64,000 bases of DNA, taken from assembly GCA_039680115.1 (NCBI GenBank), contig JBDKTP010000012.1, forward strand, positions 9,978 to 73,977, read 5' to 3'. Position numbers and translations under genes: made by a program. The DNA is from Rectinema sp. GTDB lineage: Bacteria; Spirochaetota; Spirochaetia; Treponematales; Rectinemataceae. Positions 38,492-47,842 of this stretch are shown in pieces (the first letter of the stretch is position 1; every line of letters begins with the position of its first letter). The notes under the pieces are model-generated. The model had not been told where the DNA came from. It saw only the letters and a program-made list of their open reading frames with translations, and ran no database searches.

Positions 38492-39249
38492 ATTCTGATA
38501 GTTTTGACCTTACCCCCAAGCCCAAACGACTTCAGGCTTATTTGGCTTCGGCCGGGCTCGGCTCCAGACGACACTGCGAAGCATTTATTCTTGAAGGACG
38601 AGTGTTGATCAATGGACAAAAGGCCGAGCTTGGTCAAAGCGTTTCTCCGGGAGATACGGTCTTACTTGACGGAAGGCCTGTCGTTCCACAGGAACAAAAG
38701 CATTACCTCATGCTCAATAAACCGGCAGGTTATCTGTGTGCGATGTCGGATCCAGAGAAAAGGCCTCTCGCTGTAGATCTCTTAAAGGATGCCTGCGCTG
38801 AGCGAGTCTACAACGTCGGACGTCTTGATCAGTGGTCAAGTGGTCTGATTCTTTTTACCAACGACGGCGATTTTGCAAAGAAGATGTCGCACCCAAGCAG
38901 CAACATCGAAAAAGAATATGAATTGGTCACCGATGTTGCTATCCCCAAAGAGTTTACTGTGAGTTTTGAAGCTGGTGTCGTTATAGACGAGACAACATAC
39001 AAGGCGCGCAGCGTGAAGATCCTGGATGACTATCACGCTACCATCATATTAATAGAAGGGCGGAATCGAGAGATTCGCAGGGTTTTGGCGCACTTCGGCC
39101 TACGGGCTCTTAAGCTTACTAGAGTACGAATCGGACCCGTGCGGCTTGGTCAGCTTCCCGAGGGAAAATTTCGAGAGCTTACAAACGATGAATTGCGCAC
39201 TCTTTCTGACCTTCTTGGATGGAGAATCGACAATGATTGTTGCAATTGA
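38488..39249 (+). CDS. rluB: RsuA/RluB-family pseudouridine synthase
   Basis: S4 domain (RLQAYLASAGLGSRR) and GRLDQWSSGLILFTNDG catalytic motif. Confidence 0.88.
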   Translation: MNSDSFDLTPKPKRLQAYLASAGLGSRRHCEAFILEGRVLINGQKAELGQSVSPGDTVLLDGRPVVPQEQKHYLMLNKPAGYLCAMSDPEKRPLAVDLLKDACAERVYNVGRLDQWSSGLILFTNDGDFAKKMSHPSSNIEKEYELVTDVAIPKEFTVSFEAGVVIDETTYKARSVKILDDYHATIILIEGRNREIRRVLAHFGLRALKLTRVRIGPVRLGQLPEGKFRELTNDELRTLSDLLGWRIDNDCCN

Positions 39250-39889
39250 TGGGCCTGCAGGTTGCGGAAAATCCTCCCTTGCTGCAATGATCTCCAGAAA
39301 CTTGGGCTTCCTCTATATCAATTCCGGCAACCTCTATCGAGCTATTTCCTTTGCTGTCATCACTAAGGGTGTCTCTGTTGGCGACACTCAAGGCATACTC
39401 AGAGTGGCTTCACAAGTTCATATTGAGTATTTGCCGGACGGCACTATTAGCGTTGATGGCAAAGTGGTGGACAGAGAGTTGCGCACTCCAGCCGTAGACG
39501 CCATTGTCGCCCAGGTATCTGCCATTCCCGAAGTACGGGCAATCGTAAACAAGATCATTCAGAAGGTAGCCGCCGGTCGTGACTGTGTCGCAGAAGGCCG
39601 CGACATGACTACAGTAGTATTCCCTAATGCTGATCTAAAAATCTATCTCGATGCTTCGGTAGAAAAAAGGGCTGAACGTCGTTTTATGCAAAATTCCGAG
39701 GGGATGAGCCTTGATGATATTCGCAAGAATATCGAAATGCGCGATAAAATCGATACTACTAAATCTACGGGTGCGTTAAAAATCGCTGAAGACGCCTACT
39801 ATTTGGACACCTCAGGCTTGACCATAGAGCAAGTTTATGAGAAAGTATACAGCAAAATTCTTTACGTAAGGGATACACATGGACAATAA
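39233..39889 (+). CDS. cmk: Cytidylate kinase (bacterial type)
   Basis: IAIDGPAGCGKSS P-loop, and AEGRDMTTVVFP with following residues. Canonical position just upstream of rpsA. ATG 39233 is in frame with ORF-track 39146. Confidence 0.9.
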   Translation: MIVAIDGPAGCGKSSLAAMISRNLGFLYINSGNLYRAISFAVITKGVSVGDTQGILRVASQVHIEYLPDGTISVDGKVVDRELRTPAVDAIVAQVSAIPEVRAIVNKIIQKVAAGRDCVAEGRDMTTVVFPNADLKIYLDASVEKRAERRFMQNSEGMSLDDIRKNIEMRDKIDTTKSTGALKIAEDAYYLDTSGLTIEQVYEKVYSKILYVRDTHGQ

Positions 39890-41609
39890 GGAAGTGGAAA
39901 TGGACGTCGCCGCTCCCGCCCGCGACGAATTCCAGACACAATTGGAGGAGCAGTACCTTAAAACTTTTGAGGGACTGGAGGAGGGAGATCTTATCGACGG
40001 CAAAGTCGTTCAGATCAATGGTGACTTTGTCTTTGTCGATGTTGGCTATAAGTCTGAAGGGAAAATTCCCATCGAAGAGTTCGATGGTGTCACTCCCGCC
40101 GTCGGCGATTCTGTGCGTGTCATTCTGGTAAGAAAAGAGACACACTCAGGTGAAGTAATTGTTTCCAAGAAACGGGCCGATGAAAAGGCATTTTGGAAAT
40201 CCATCGCAACCGCATTCAAAGAACATACACCGGTAGATGGAAAAATCGAAAAAGAAGTAAAGGGTGGTTTTGAGGTAGATATAGGTCACGGCTTAAAAGG
40301 ATTCTTGCCTTCGTCGAAAGCCGACATTCAAAGGATCGAAAAAGGCGATTATCTTATTGGCTTGACAAGTAAGTTCTATCTTGAGCGCCTCTATTCCGAT
40401 AAAAAGGTCAATATCATTCTCAATCGCCGCAAATGGATGGAAGAAGATATCGATGCGCGTAGAAACGAATTCTTCCAGAAAGTCCAGATTGGTGATACGG
40501 TCAAAGGTGTAGTTAAGAGCTTCACGAGTTTTGGTGCGTTCATCGACTTAGGCGGTTTTGACGGGCTTTTGCATATCAACGACATGAGTTGGGGCCACGT
40601 CACTCGGCCAAAAGACTATGTTCGCAAAGGTCAGGAAATCGAACTCAAAGTAATCCGTCTTGATCCGGAAGAGAAGCGCATAAACCTTTCCTTAAAGCAT
40701 TTTACTCAGGATCCATGGTTTACATTCGAGGACAAATACCATCTCAACGACATCGTAAAAGGCAAGGTTACAAAACTTACTGATTACGGTGCGTTTATCG
40801 AACTGGAAGAGGGAATCGAAGGGCTTGCTCATATTTCCGAATTCTCCTGGGTCAAGAAAGTCCATAAACCAGAAGATATGCTAAAACCCGGTGACATTGT
40901 GGATTGCATGATTTTGGGCTACGACCTCCAGGCTGGTAAGGTTTCTCTTGGTCTAAAGCAAGTTCAGCCTAACCCATGGGATACCGTGAATGACCGCTTC
41001 CCTGTTGGCATGCGCCTCACGAGGAAAATCGTTAAAGTCACCAATGCAGGGGCGTTTATTGAGCTCGAAGAAGGTATTGATGGATTCTTGCATGTGGACG
41101 ACCTTTCGTGGACATCGCATATAAAGAACCCATCCTCCGTCTTACACGAAGGCGACGAAATCGAAGTTGTCGTCCTGGAAAGCGACCCGGAGAACCGCAA
41201 TATCCGGTTAGGCGTCAAGCAGCTTTCCGAGGATCCGTGGATGTCCTTTGCACGTGCTTATAGGGTGGGATCCATTGTCGAGGGCACAGTTTCCAATGTC
41301 ACTGATTTTGGCGTGTTCGTTAAAGTTCAGGGTGGCATTGATGGGCTCATCAAGAAGCAGGACCTTACCTCCGATCGGAACGAGTCATTCGAAGATGCTT
41401 TGGCAAAGTATACACCCGGCATGACTGTTAAGGCCGTAGTTGTTGACCTCAATCCTGAGCGACAAAAGCTTGGCCTGTCCGTTCGCGACCTCGTGCAGCA
41501 GCAACAGCGAGAAGAGCTTTCAAGGTTTATAGAGAACGAGGAGTCCGATGCTGGTTATACGCTTGGCGATCTTATCAAAGAGCGCGACAGTTCCAAGAAA
41601 AACTCTTAG
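39879..41609 (+). CDS. rpsA: 30S ribosomal protein S1
   Basis: Six S1 repeats (GxV...FGAF(I/V)(D/E)L...G(L/F)(L/I)H). Confidence 0.95.
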   Translation: MDNKEVEMDVAAPARDEFQTQLEEQYLKTFEGLEEGDLIDGKVVQINGDFVFVDVGYKSEGKIPIEEFDGVTPAVGDSVRVILVRKETHSGEVIVSKKRADEKAFWKSIATAFKEHTPVDGKIEKEVKGGFEVDIGHGLKGFLPSSKADIQRIEKGDYLIGLTSKFYLERLYSDKKVNIILNRRKWMEEDIDARRNEFFQKVQIGDTVKGVVKSFTSFGAFIDLGGFDGLLHINDMSWGHVTRPKDYVRKGQEIELKVIRLDPEEKRINLSLKHFTQDPWFTFEDKYHLNDIVKGKVTKLTDYGAFIELEEGIEGLAHISEFSWVKKVHKPEDMLKPGDIVDCMILGYDLQAGKVSLGLKQVQPNPWDTVNDRFPVGMRLTRKIVKVTNAGAFIELEEGIDGFLHVDDLSWTSHIKNPSSVLHEGDEIEVVVLESDPENRNIRLGVKQLSEDPWMSFARAYRVGSIVEGTVSNVTDFGVFVKVQGGIDGLIKKQDLTSDRNESFEDALAKYTPGMTVKAVVVDLNPERQKLGLSVRDLVQQQQREELSRFIENEESDAGYTLGDLIKERDSSKKNS

Positions 41610-41641
41610 ATTGCGACGCAGTCGGCAATTTCAGGAAGCAT

Positions 41642-43162
41642 ATGAAAACTGTTGACGGGACCATTGATCCTGGGAAGTTCAAGATGCTCATTGAGGTTGC
41701 CGACCTCATAAATTCTGACTATTCTGATGGTCGGTCACTGCTACAAAAAATCATTGAATCTTCTACAAGACTCGTTGGCGCTGAGGCAGCGAGTCTTTTG
41801 CTTTACGATGACAATTCAGAAAAACTACGCTTTGAAATTGCGCTTGGCCCCAAGAAACATGAGTTAGCAGGTCGGGAGATTGAGGCTGATTCCGGGATTG
41901 CTGCCTGGGTTGCCAAGAACGGTCAGTCGCTTATTTCAAACAATCCAACAGAGGATGCTCGCTTTTCTTCTGAAGTAGCAAAGGCGGTGAGTTTTCCTGC
42001 ACGTTCTATTCTTGCAGTCCCCATGAAAATCAAAGGGCACCTTGTAGGTGTCATAGAGCTTGTTAACAAGATTGGAGGAAGCGGTTTCCTTCCTGAAGAC
42101 CAATTCTGGTTGGAGATCTTTTCGAATCAGGCCGCTATAGCGATTGAAAATGCCAGATTATTTGAGAAGACTTCAAACGAACTCTCTTACTTAAGCCGGA
42201 AAGTCGAAGAGTCATCTGGCTGGCACACCCTCATTTTTGCGTCGCAAGTTATGGCGGAAAAGATTGAACTTGCAGACCGAATTGCCACAAGCGATGTCTC
42301 CGTTCTTATTTTGGGAGAAAGTGGGGTGGGGAAGGAACTCTTTGCCGAGCGCCTGCATCGGATGTCTTATAGAAACTCGAAGCCGTTTGTGCGGGTAAGC
42401 TGTGCTGCGTTGCCAGAATCGCTTCTGGAAAGTGAACTTTTCGGTCATGTCAAGGGCGCCTTTACCGATGCTATTCAAGACCGCGAAGGTCGTTTCGAAG
42501 CAGCTAAAGGCGGCACGATTTTCCTTGACGAGATTGCCGAGTTGCCTTTGCGTTTGCAGGCAAAATTGCTCCGCGTGCTACAACAGAAAGCTTTTGAGAA
42601 AGTCGGCTCTTCGCAGACCATTCAAGTTGATGTACGGATAGTTGCAGCAACCAACAAAGATCTTGCAGCAATGGTCGAACGGCAGGAATTTCGAGCTGAT
42701 TTGTATTACCGCCTTAATGTGCTTCCCTTGGTGATTCCTCCTCTCCGGGAGAGAAAGGAGGACATACCGGTTTTGGCGAACTACTTTCTAAAGCACTATG
42801 CCCGAGAAACCAATAAAGTTGTCGAGGGTTTTTCCGATAGTGCAATGCAAAGCATGCTGACCTATGCATGGCCGGGCAATGTTCGTGAGCTGGAAAACGC
42901 CGTGGAACGGGCTGTTGTCATGACTCGATCTAGATTCATAAGCTCCGCTGATCTTATGTTAGGCAATAAAGAAGCGAACGTAGTGGATTTTCGTGGCAAG
43001 AACTTGAAAGAGGCCGTCAATAGTTTTAAGTCGAGTTTTATTCGGAATGCACTGGAGTTGCATGGCTGGAATCAAACTCAAACCGCAAAGGAATTGAACA
43101 TTCAACGTACCTACTTATCACGATTAATAAAAGAGCTTAATATCGTTCAAACGAAGGAGTGA
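41642..43162 (+). CDS. Sigma-54-dependent transcriptional activator (GAF - AAA+ - Fis HTH)
   Basis: N-terminal GAF-like domain, GESGVGKE Walker A, GAFTDA (GAFTGA-type sigma-54 contact loop) and a C-terminal QTQTAKELNIQRTYLSRLIKEL HTH. Confidence 0.9.
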   Translation: MKTVDGTIDPGKFKMLIEVADLINSDYSDGRSLLQKIIESSTRLVGAEAASLLLYDDNSEKLRFEIALGPKKHELAGREIEADSGIAAWVAKNGQSLISNNPTEDARFSSEVAKAVSFPARSILAVPMKIKGHLVGVIELVNKIGGSGFLPEDQFWLEIFSNQAAIAIENARLFEKTSNELSYLSRKVEESSGWHTLIFASQVMAEKIELADRIATSDVSVLILGESGVGKELFAERLHRMSYRNSKPFVRVSCAALPESLLESELFGHVKGAFTDAIQDREGRFEAAKGGTIFLDEIAELPLRLQAKLLRVLQQKAFEKVGSSQTIQVDVRIVAATNKDLAAMVERQEFRADLYYRLNVLPLVIPPLRERKEDIPVLANYFLKHYARETNKVVEGFSDSAMQSMLTYAWPGNVRELENAVERAVVMTRSRFISSADLMLGNKEANVVDFRGKNLKEAVNSFKSSFIRNALELHGWNQTQTAKELNIQRTYLSRLIKELNIVQTKE

Positions 43163-43167
43163 TTCTC

Positions 43168-43968
43168 GTGGAAACTAAGTCTGACAACACAAATGAGAAA
43201 AGCGAAGCAAAAGCGGACACCAGGTCTAAGGGCAATCGCGCCACAACGACACCAAAAGCTTCTAAAAATGGACAGGCTAACCAAGCCAAGAAATCTTTTT
43301 CAGAAAAGATTACAGAATTTTTCACAAAGTACAAAGTTGTCGTTCTTGGTGTTTTGATAGCTATCGTAGTAATTCTTGTTGGTATAGGTGTTTACTCGTA
43401 TGTTTCCAACTCGAATGCCGATAAGTCTGCAAGGGCAATAGAAGAAGTTCGTACGAAGCTCACTGCGTGGAGCGCAGAAACAGACCAGGCAAAAAAGGAC
43501 GAGAGTGAAAAGGAAATCCAGTCAGACTTGGATGCCATCATTAAGCAATGGCCTCATAGTTTTGCTGCACAAGAGTCACTCTATACCAAGTCCACCATAG
43601 CTACCACCAAGAAGGATTGGCCAAACGCCGAGAAGTTCGCTGCGGAAGCGGCTGACCGTCTGCCCAAGACATATTTGGCGCCTATAGCATTGGAAGCCGC
43701 CGCCGTTGCAGCGGAGGAGCAGGGCTCTACAGACAAAGCCATAGAGTATTACAACCGCATCGTTTCTAACTATAAAGAGGATACACCTAATCTCGCACAC
43801 GCTTATTTCGCGCTTGGCAGGCTTGCGGAGAGCAAATCGGACTGGAAAACTGCCCTCGGCTGCTACGATAAATTGCTTTCGGATTTTCCAGACTCGGATT
43901 GGGCAAAGCTTGCAAAAGACCGCGTCGTATACCTGAAGGCAACCGGTCACGCAGATCAGAATCAATAG
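43168..43968 (+). CDS. Single-pass membrane protein with TPR-like (YfgM-like) periplasmic domain
   Basis: Lys/Ser-rich N-terminus, one TM segment (VVVLGVLIAIVVILVGIGVY) and a helical-repeat C-terminus. GTG 43168 lies 8 nt after AAGGAG. The ORF-track start at 43159 forms a GTGA overlap with the activator stop. Confidence 0.7.
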   Translation: METKSDNTNEKSEAKADTRSKGNRATTTPKASKNGQANQAKKSFSEKITEFFTKYKVVVLGVLIAIVVILVGIGVYSYVSNSNADKSARAIEEVRTKLTAWSAETDQAKKDESEKEIQSDLDAIIKQWPHSFAAQESLYTKSTIATTKKDWPNAEKFAAEAADRLPKTYLAPIALEAAAVAAEEQGSTDKAIEYYNRIVSNYKEDTPNLAHAYFALGRLAESKSDWKTALGCYDKLLSDFPDSDWAKLAKDRVVYLKATGHADQNQ

Positions 43969-43973
43969 TTTTT

Positions 43974-43982
43974 TGTTATAAT
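43974..43982 (+). promoter_or_regulatory. Candidate extended -10 promoter (TGtTATAAT)
   Basis: TGT-TATAAT at 43974-43982, 6 nt after the upstream stop codon. There is no good -35. Confidence 0.35.
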
Positions 43983-44057
43983 CCCTCTTACCCGCTGAAA
44001 CCTTTTTCTAGTACGATGGTTTAATTAAGTACAGGGCATGAAGGACGGACAACGGAA

Positions 44058-44100
44058 AAGGGCAGGCTGGCTAGGTTCACAGCTTGCCCTTTATTTTTTT
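44058..44100 (+). terminator. Intrinsic-terminator-like hairpin 16 nt upstream of the lipoprotein ATG
   Basis: AAGGGCAGGCTG / CAGCTTGCCCTT (12 bp, one G-U), a 10-nt loop, then TATTTTTTT. Confidence 0.75.
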
Positions 44101-44115
44101 AAGGACTGCAGTGTG

Positions 44116-44829
44116 ATGCATAATACCATTTCTATCATTCTGCTTGCCTGCGTCCTATTTGGACTGGTTACGGTGAGCTGTGGGCTGCAGGATATTCCCT
44201 TCTACTATGCGCCGTATTTTTCGTATGGCAGCAATGTGTTTACCCTTAGTGATTCAGGGAATGTTTCTGAAAGTACAGGCAGTTCTGTCTTTCTTGGATA
44301 CGAGATCTTTTATCGCGTCTATCAAACTGAGGATGCAGCGGATAACGACCGTCAGGTATTATCGGATTGGGCTGGTAGGGTGGGCGCCGAGTCAAATGCA
44401 CTTGATCCAGACGATTTTGTTCAAAAGGCAACTTACGAGCGTGGGTTCGTTAGGATTCGACATAAGTCAGATACTATCGCACCCTTAATAAAACCCACAG
44501 AGAGCAATGCCACGTACTATCTACATATTGCCACTGTGAGCGATGATTGGTACTTTGATCAGGATGATTCAACAACTCTTGACGATATCAAGGTATGTCG
44601 TACACTTGACACTACAACTTCCGCTGACAGGTTGTCCTTCTATAAGCTTTCTAACTACAAGGCAGGCGATCCTGACTACGACGATGGTACAACTGATCCT
44701 GGCTCTGGTCCATTATACTTTGTCTTTTTTGCAGTAGGCTATTGGACAAACACTGATGACCTTTCATCGCACTTTGGCGCGCCCACAGTGATTACAGAAG
44801 TAGTGCAATACACACCACCTCTTGACTAA
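44116..44829 (+). CDS. Orphan lipoprotein, function unknown
   Basis: MHNTISIILLACVLFGLVTVSC signal plus lipobox-like Cys. Asp/Thr/Tyr-rich mature part. No family recognised. The ORF-track start at 44038 would run through the hairpin. Confidence 0.65.
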   Translation: MHNTISIILLACVLFGLVTVSCGLQDIPFYYAPYFSYGSNVFTLSDSGNVSESTGSSVFLGYEIFYRVYQTEDAADNDRQVLSDWAGRVGAESNALDPDDFVQKATYERGFVRIRHKSDTIAPLIKPTESNATYYLHIATVSDDWYFDQDDSTTLDDIKVCRTLDTTTSADRLSFYKLSNYKAGDPDYDDGTTDPGSGPLYFVFFAVGYWTNTDDLSSHFGAPTVITEVVQYTPPLD

Positions 44830-45023
44830 GCGGAACTAGCAAGACTCAGGCAGTCCTAAATCCAGGTCTTGGCTGCGTTTGGGTTATCGTGAATAGTATA
44901 AGCATAGCATAGATGACTTCGTATAATGTATATTCTGTCTACCATAATGCTGCCCAAAACCAAAAACAACCTTTCAACGCATTCAACGCATTTCTTGAGC
45001 TAGCGTCCAGGCGACGTTCTCTA

Positions 45024-47789
45024 TTACAAGGCGTCAAAAAGGCTTCTCTCTGGACCTTCACCTTTTATCGCGTAAGTTTCAAGCCTAGTAATCGAGAAAT
45101 AATCAAGCTCGTCTAATCTGTCTTCATTCCTAGGTTCGGCATTGCCTTTCGCATTATTCATAATTGAATGTATAACATCATGAATTGTTAGGCGTGCCGC
45201 CGGATTAGATTGAAGTTCTTTGGTACGGACAAAGAGCCTATCGTCATCATAATAAAGAGACTTCTCAGAGTTGATTGATTGGATTGAATTTGCAAAAGAT
45301 GCACATATGCCGTTAGTGGTGGCAATGTCAAAATAACGTTCAAGAAGTCCACGTCCAAGCGAATTCCTAGGTGTGATTGCAACGAGGCTTCCAGAGAATA
45401 TTGTCCCAATTGAGTTCTTTCCAAGGTTGCGCGAATCTCCAATGCGGGCACTTTGCACAACGAGTCCGGAAGGTAAAACCGAGTTTAACGCATTCAAGAA
45501 ACCATCGTTATCGTTAATAAGAAAATCGCTTTCTAGCCAAGCCGAACAAATCTCTGCTTCGGATTCAAAACCAAGTGACAAAGGAGGTGTAAACTCAAGT
45601 CTGGCTATAGGGTTAAAACCCTCAGAAAACCGAACAGGGATCCCCAAGATTACGAAAGCTCGAGCAAAGACATTCGAAACCGAATGCAGCGGGTAAAATG
45701 CTGCCTGGTCCTTTTTCCTGTACTTCAATATCAGTCTCTTGTCTTCAAGTAACGATTGGTGTGTGCTTCCGATTGAAAAGCTCTCCATCAACTTAACTTT
45801 TGATATGGCCTTCTTTCCGATTGGCCTTGCAGTACGCTCAATGTTTGCAGCATCAGATGCAGCATCAGAAAGCTCTTTTAGTTGTATACTATTACATACA
45901 ATATGAGCTTTTTTGTTGCATGCTCCACACGGATGCTCGCACGGGGTGGCGCATGGTACCGTAGGTGTGCTATTCATTGAATTCTCTAATTCAGTATCAT
46001 AAAAGGAATTAGAGACAATAAGAGATACATCCTTCCAAATTGGTCTACTTGATCCCTCAGGAGGGTTGCCGCTCAACATACGAGAAATCCACTCATTCTC
46101 ATCTATGCCAAGACTTTGCGCATGTTCCTTTATGGCTTCTCGCCACGCATCCCTCTTTAGATACTCATCCCACGCATCGAGTCTTGCCCCATTTCTAAAA
46201 GCAGTCAGGATAACGTCCCCTACCCTGTCGTCTCCGCGGCAGATAAGTCCCTCAAGAACCGAAGAGAAAGGTGAATGATAAGAAATCGATATCGAACGAA
46301 ATTGCCTAAGAGAGTCCTTTATTCTATGAATGCAATTGAGCGCTTCTTCTTCGCTCAATTGGGACTGCTGCTCGTAAGGAGTATGCGGCTTTGGTACGAA
46401 AGTACCGATTGTTACATTAATGGCCATTTTTGACTCGGCAGAAACTTGCCGCAAAAAGGCACTGATGGCATCTGCCTCGCCTATTCCTTTGCCCGGCACC
46501 GGCAAGCCAATCATGAAGTAAAATTTTGCAGACCTGAAGCCGAGGCTTCGCGCTTCTTTCAGGATCGAAAGAGTTTTCTCCAGGCTAACTTCTTTGTTTA
46601 TAGCTAATTGCCATGCCTCTATAGGCGTTTCCACAGCGAACGTCAATCCGGACTTGCGAACTTCAGAAAGCTCAGACAGCAGTGGTAGCGTAAAGGAGTT
46701 TACCTTAAGACTTGGCAACTGAAACGAAACATGCCTCTCCTTCCACTTCTCATTCAACGACCGAAACGTACTGACAATATCCGGATAATCGCCACTCGAG
46801 AGTGACGCTAATGTTATTTCCTGATAGCCACCATCCTCTACAAGAATGCGGACTTCCTCGTCGATACAAGCCGAGCTTTTAATTCTTTGTGGACGATAAA
46901 AATATCCTGCGTGACAGAATCTGCAACCGTTAGGACACCCACGCATTATTTCGACGCTTCCGTGACTCTGAACTGTCGGCAATACTGCCACAGGATAGGC
47001 TGTAAAGGCAGTCGTCGTAGAGAACTGATCAAAAACGGCCCTCACTGTCTTGGGCGACTTCGAGCGAAGATCATCTTTACATGGATCCTCGCTTTGGCGG
47101 CCCAAGTTTACTTCGTAGGGTGTCCACATCTGTTCCAGCGTGCCGATCTCTTCAAGAAACTTCGTCCTCATTTCTTCCGGTTTGCTTTGCGCCTTTATGT
47201 CCGCCAGTCGGCGAACAAGTTCATAAAAGCCTGCTTCTGCCTCGCCGATATAGACGGCATCTAGGAATTTACCGAAAGGATGCGGGTTTGTAATCGCAGG
47301 ACCGCCCGCAATTACCACTGGACTCGTGTTGTCGCGTTCTTCCCGAAGCAATGGTACCTTACCAGCCTGCAAAACAGTGAGCATATTGGTGGCTAACAAC
47401 TCGTAGCCAACTGAGAACGCTATGATGTCACATTGGAATAAAGGGATCCCACTTTCCAGCGTATAGAGCGGGACATTACGCTCTTTGAGCAGTTTTTCAA
47501 AGTCTGGAGCTGGCGCAAATACCCGCTCACACACCACAGCGTCGCTCATAGTGGACAATTGATTATACAGCAAGCGAATAGCGTTATTAGACATTCCTAT
47601 CTCGTAAAGATCAGGGAAACACAAAGCTATACGAAGCCGCGTGTCTTTTTCATTTTCAATAGGCGAATTAGACCCCAATTCACCGCCCAAGTACCTCGCC
47701 GGTTTTTCCACTTTATGAATCGAACCAGCAAAATCTCTAAGCGGATTAACAAATATTGCCATAGAAGTTTTCCTCTCAAACATGAGCAT
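45024..47789 (-). CDS. Fused radical SAM (B12-binding-like N-domain) / DUF2344 protein, uncharacterised family
   Basis: KPARYLGGE N-terminus and a CPNGCRFC (CxxxCxxC) radical-SAM motif. A second cluster, CATPCEHPCGAC, follows. The C-terminal about 250 aa resembles the radical-SAM-linked DUF2344 family (SEGFNPIARLEFTPPLSLG). As I recall these are TIGR03960 and TIGR03936. The start could be 47762 (MAIFVNPL). Confidence 0.8.
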   Translation of the reverse strand: MLMFERKTSMAIFVNPLRDFAGSIHKVEKPARYLGGELGSNSPIENEKDTRLRIALCFPDLYEIGMSNNAIRLLYNQLSTMSDAVVCERVFAPAPDFEKLLKERNVPLYTLESGIPLFQCDIIAFSVGYELLATNMLTVLQAGKVPLLREERDNTSPVVIAGGPAITNPHPFGKFLDAVYIGEAEAGFYELVRRLADIKAQSKPEEMRTKFLEEIGTLEQMWTPYEVNLGRQSEDPCKDDLRSKSPKTVRAVFDQFSTTTAFTAYPVAVLPTVQSHGSVEIMRGCPNGCRFCHAGYFYRPQRIKSSACIDEEVRILVEDGGYQEITLASLSSGDYPDIVSTFRSLNEKWKERHVSFQLPSLKVNSFTLPLLSELSEVRKSGLTFAVETPIEAWQLAINKEVSLEKTLSILKEARSLGFRSAKFYFMIGLPVPGKGIGEADAISAFLRQVSAESKMAINVTIGTFVPKPHTPYEQQSQLSEEEALNCIHRIKDSLRQFRSISISYHSPFSSVLEGLICRGDDRVGDVILTAFRNGARLDAWDEYLKRDAWREAIKEHAQSLGIDENEWISRMLSGNPPEGSSRPIWKDVSLIVSNSFYDTELENSMNSTPTVPCATPCEHPCGACNKKAHIVCNSIQLKELSDAASDAANIERTARPIGKKAISKVKLMESFSIGSTHQSLLEDKRLILKYRKKDQAAFYPLHSVSNVFARAFVILGIPVRFSEGFNPIARLEFTPPLSLGFESEAEICSAWLESDFLINDNDGFLNALNSVLPSGLVVQSARIGDSRNLGKNSIGTIFSGSLVAITPRNSLGRGLLERYFDIATTNGICASFANSIQSINSEKSLYYDDDRLFVRTKELQSNPAARLTIHDVIHSIMNNAKGNAEPRNEDRLDELDYFSITRLETYAIKGEGPERSLFDAL

Positions 47790-47842
47790 AAGCCTTAGAC
47801 GATTGCTGCACTTGCGAGAACAAGCAAAAAGTCAGGCCATAT

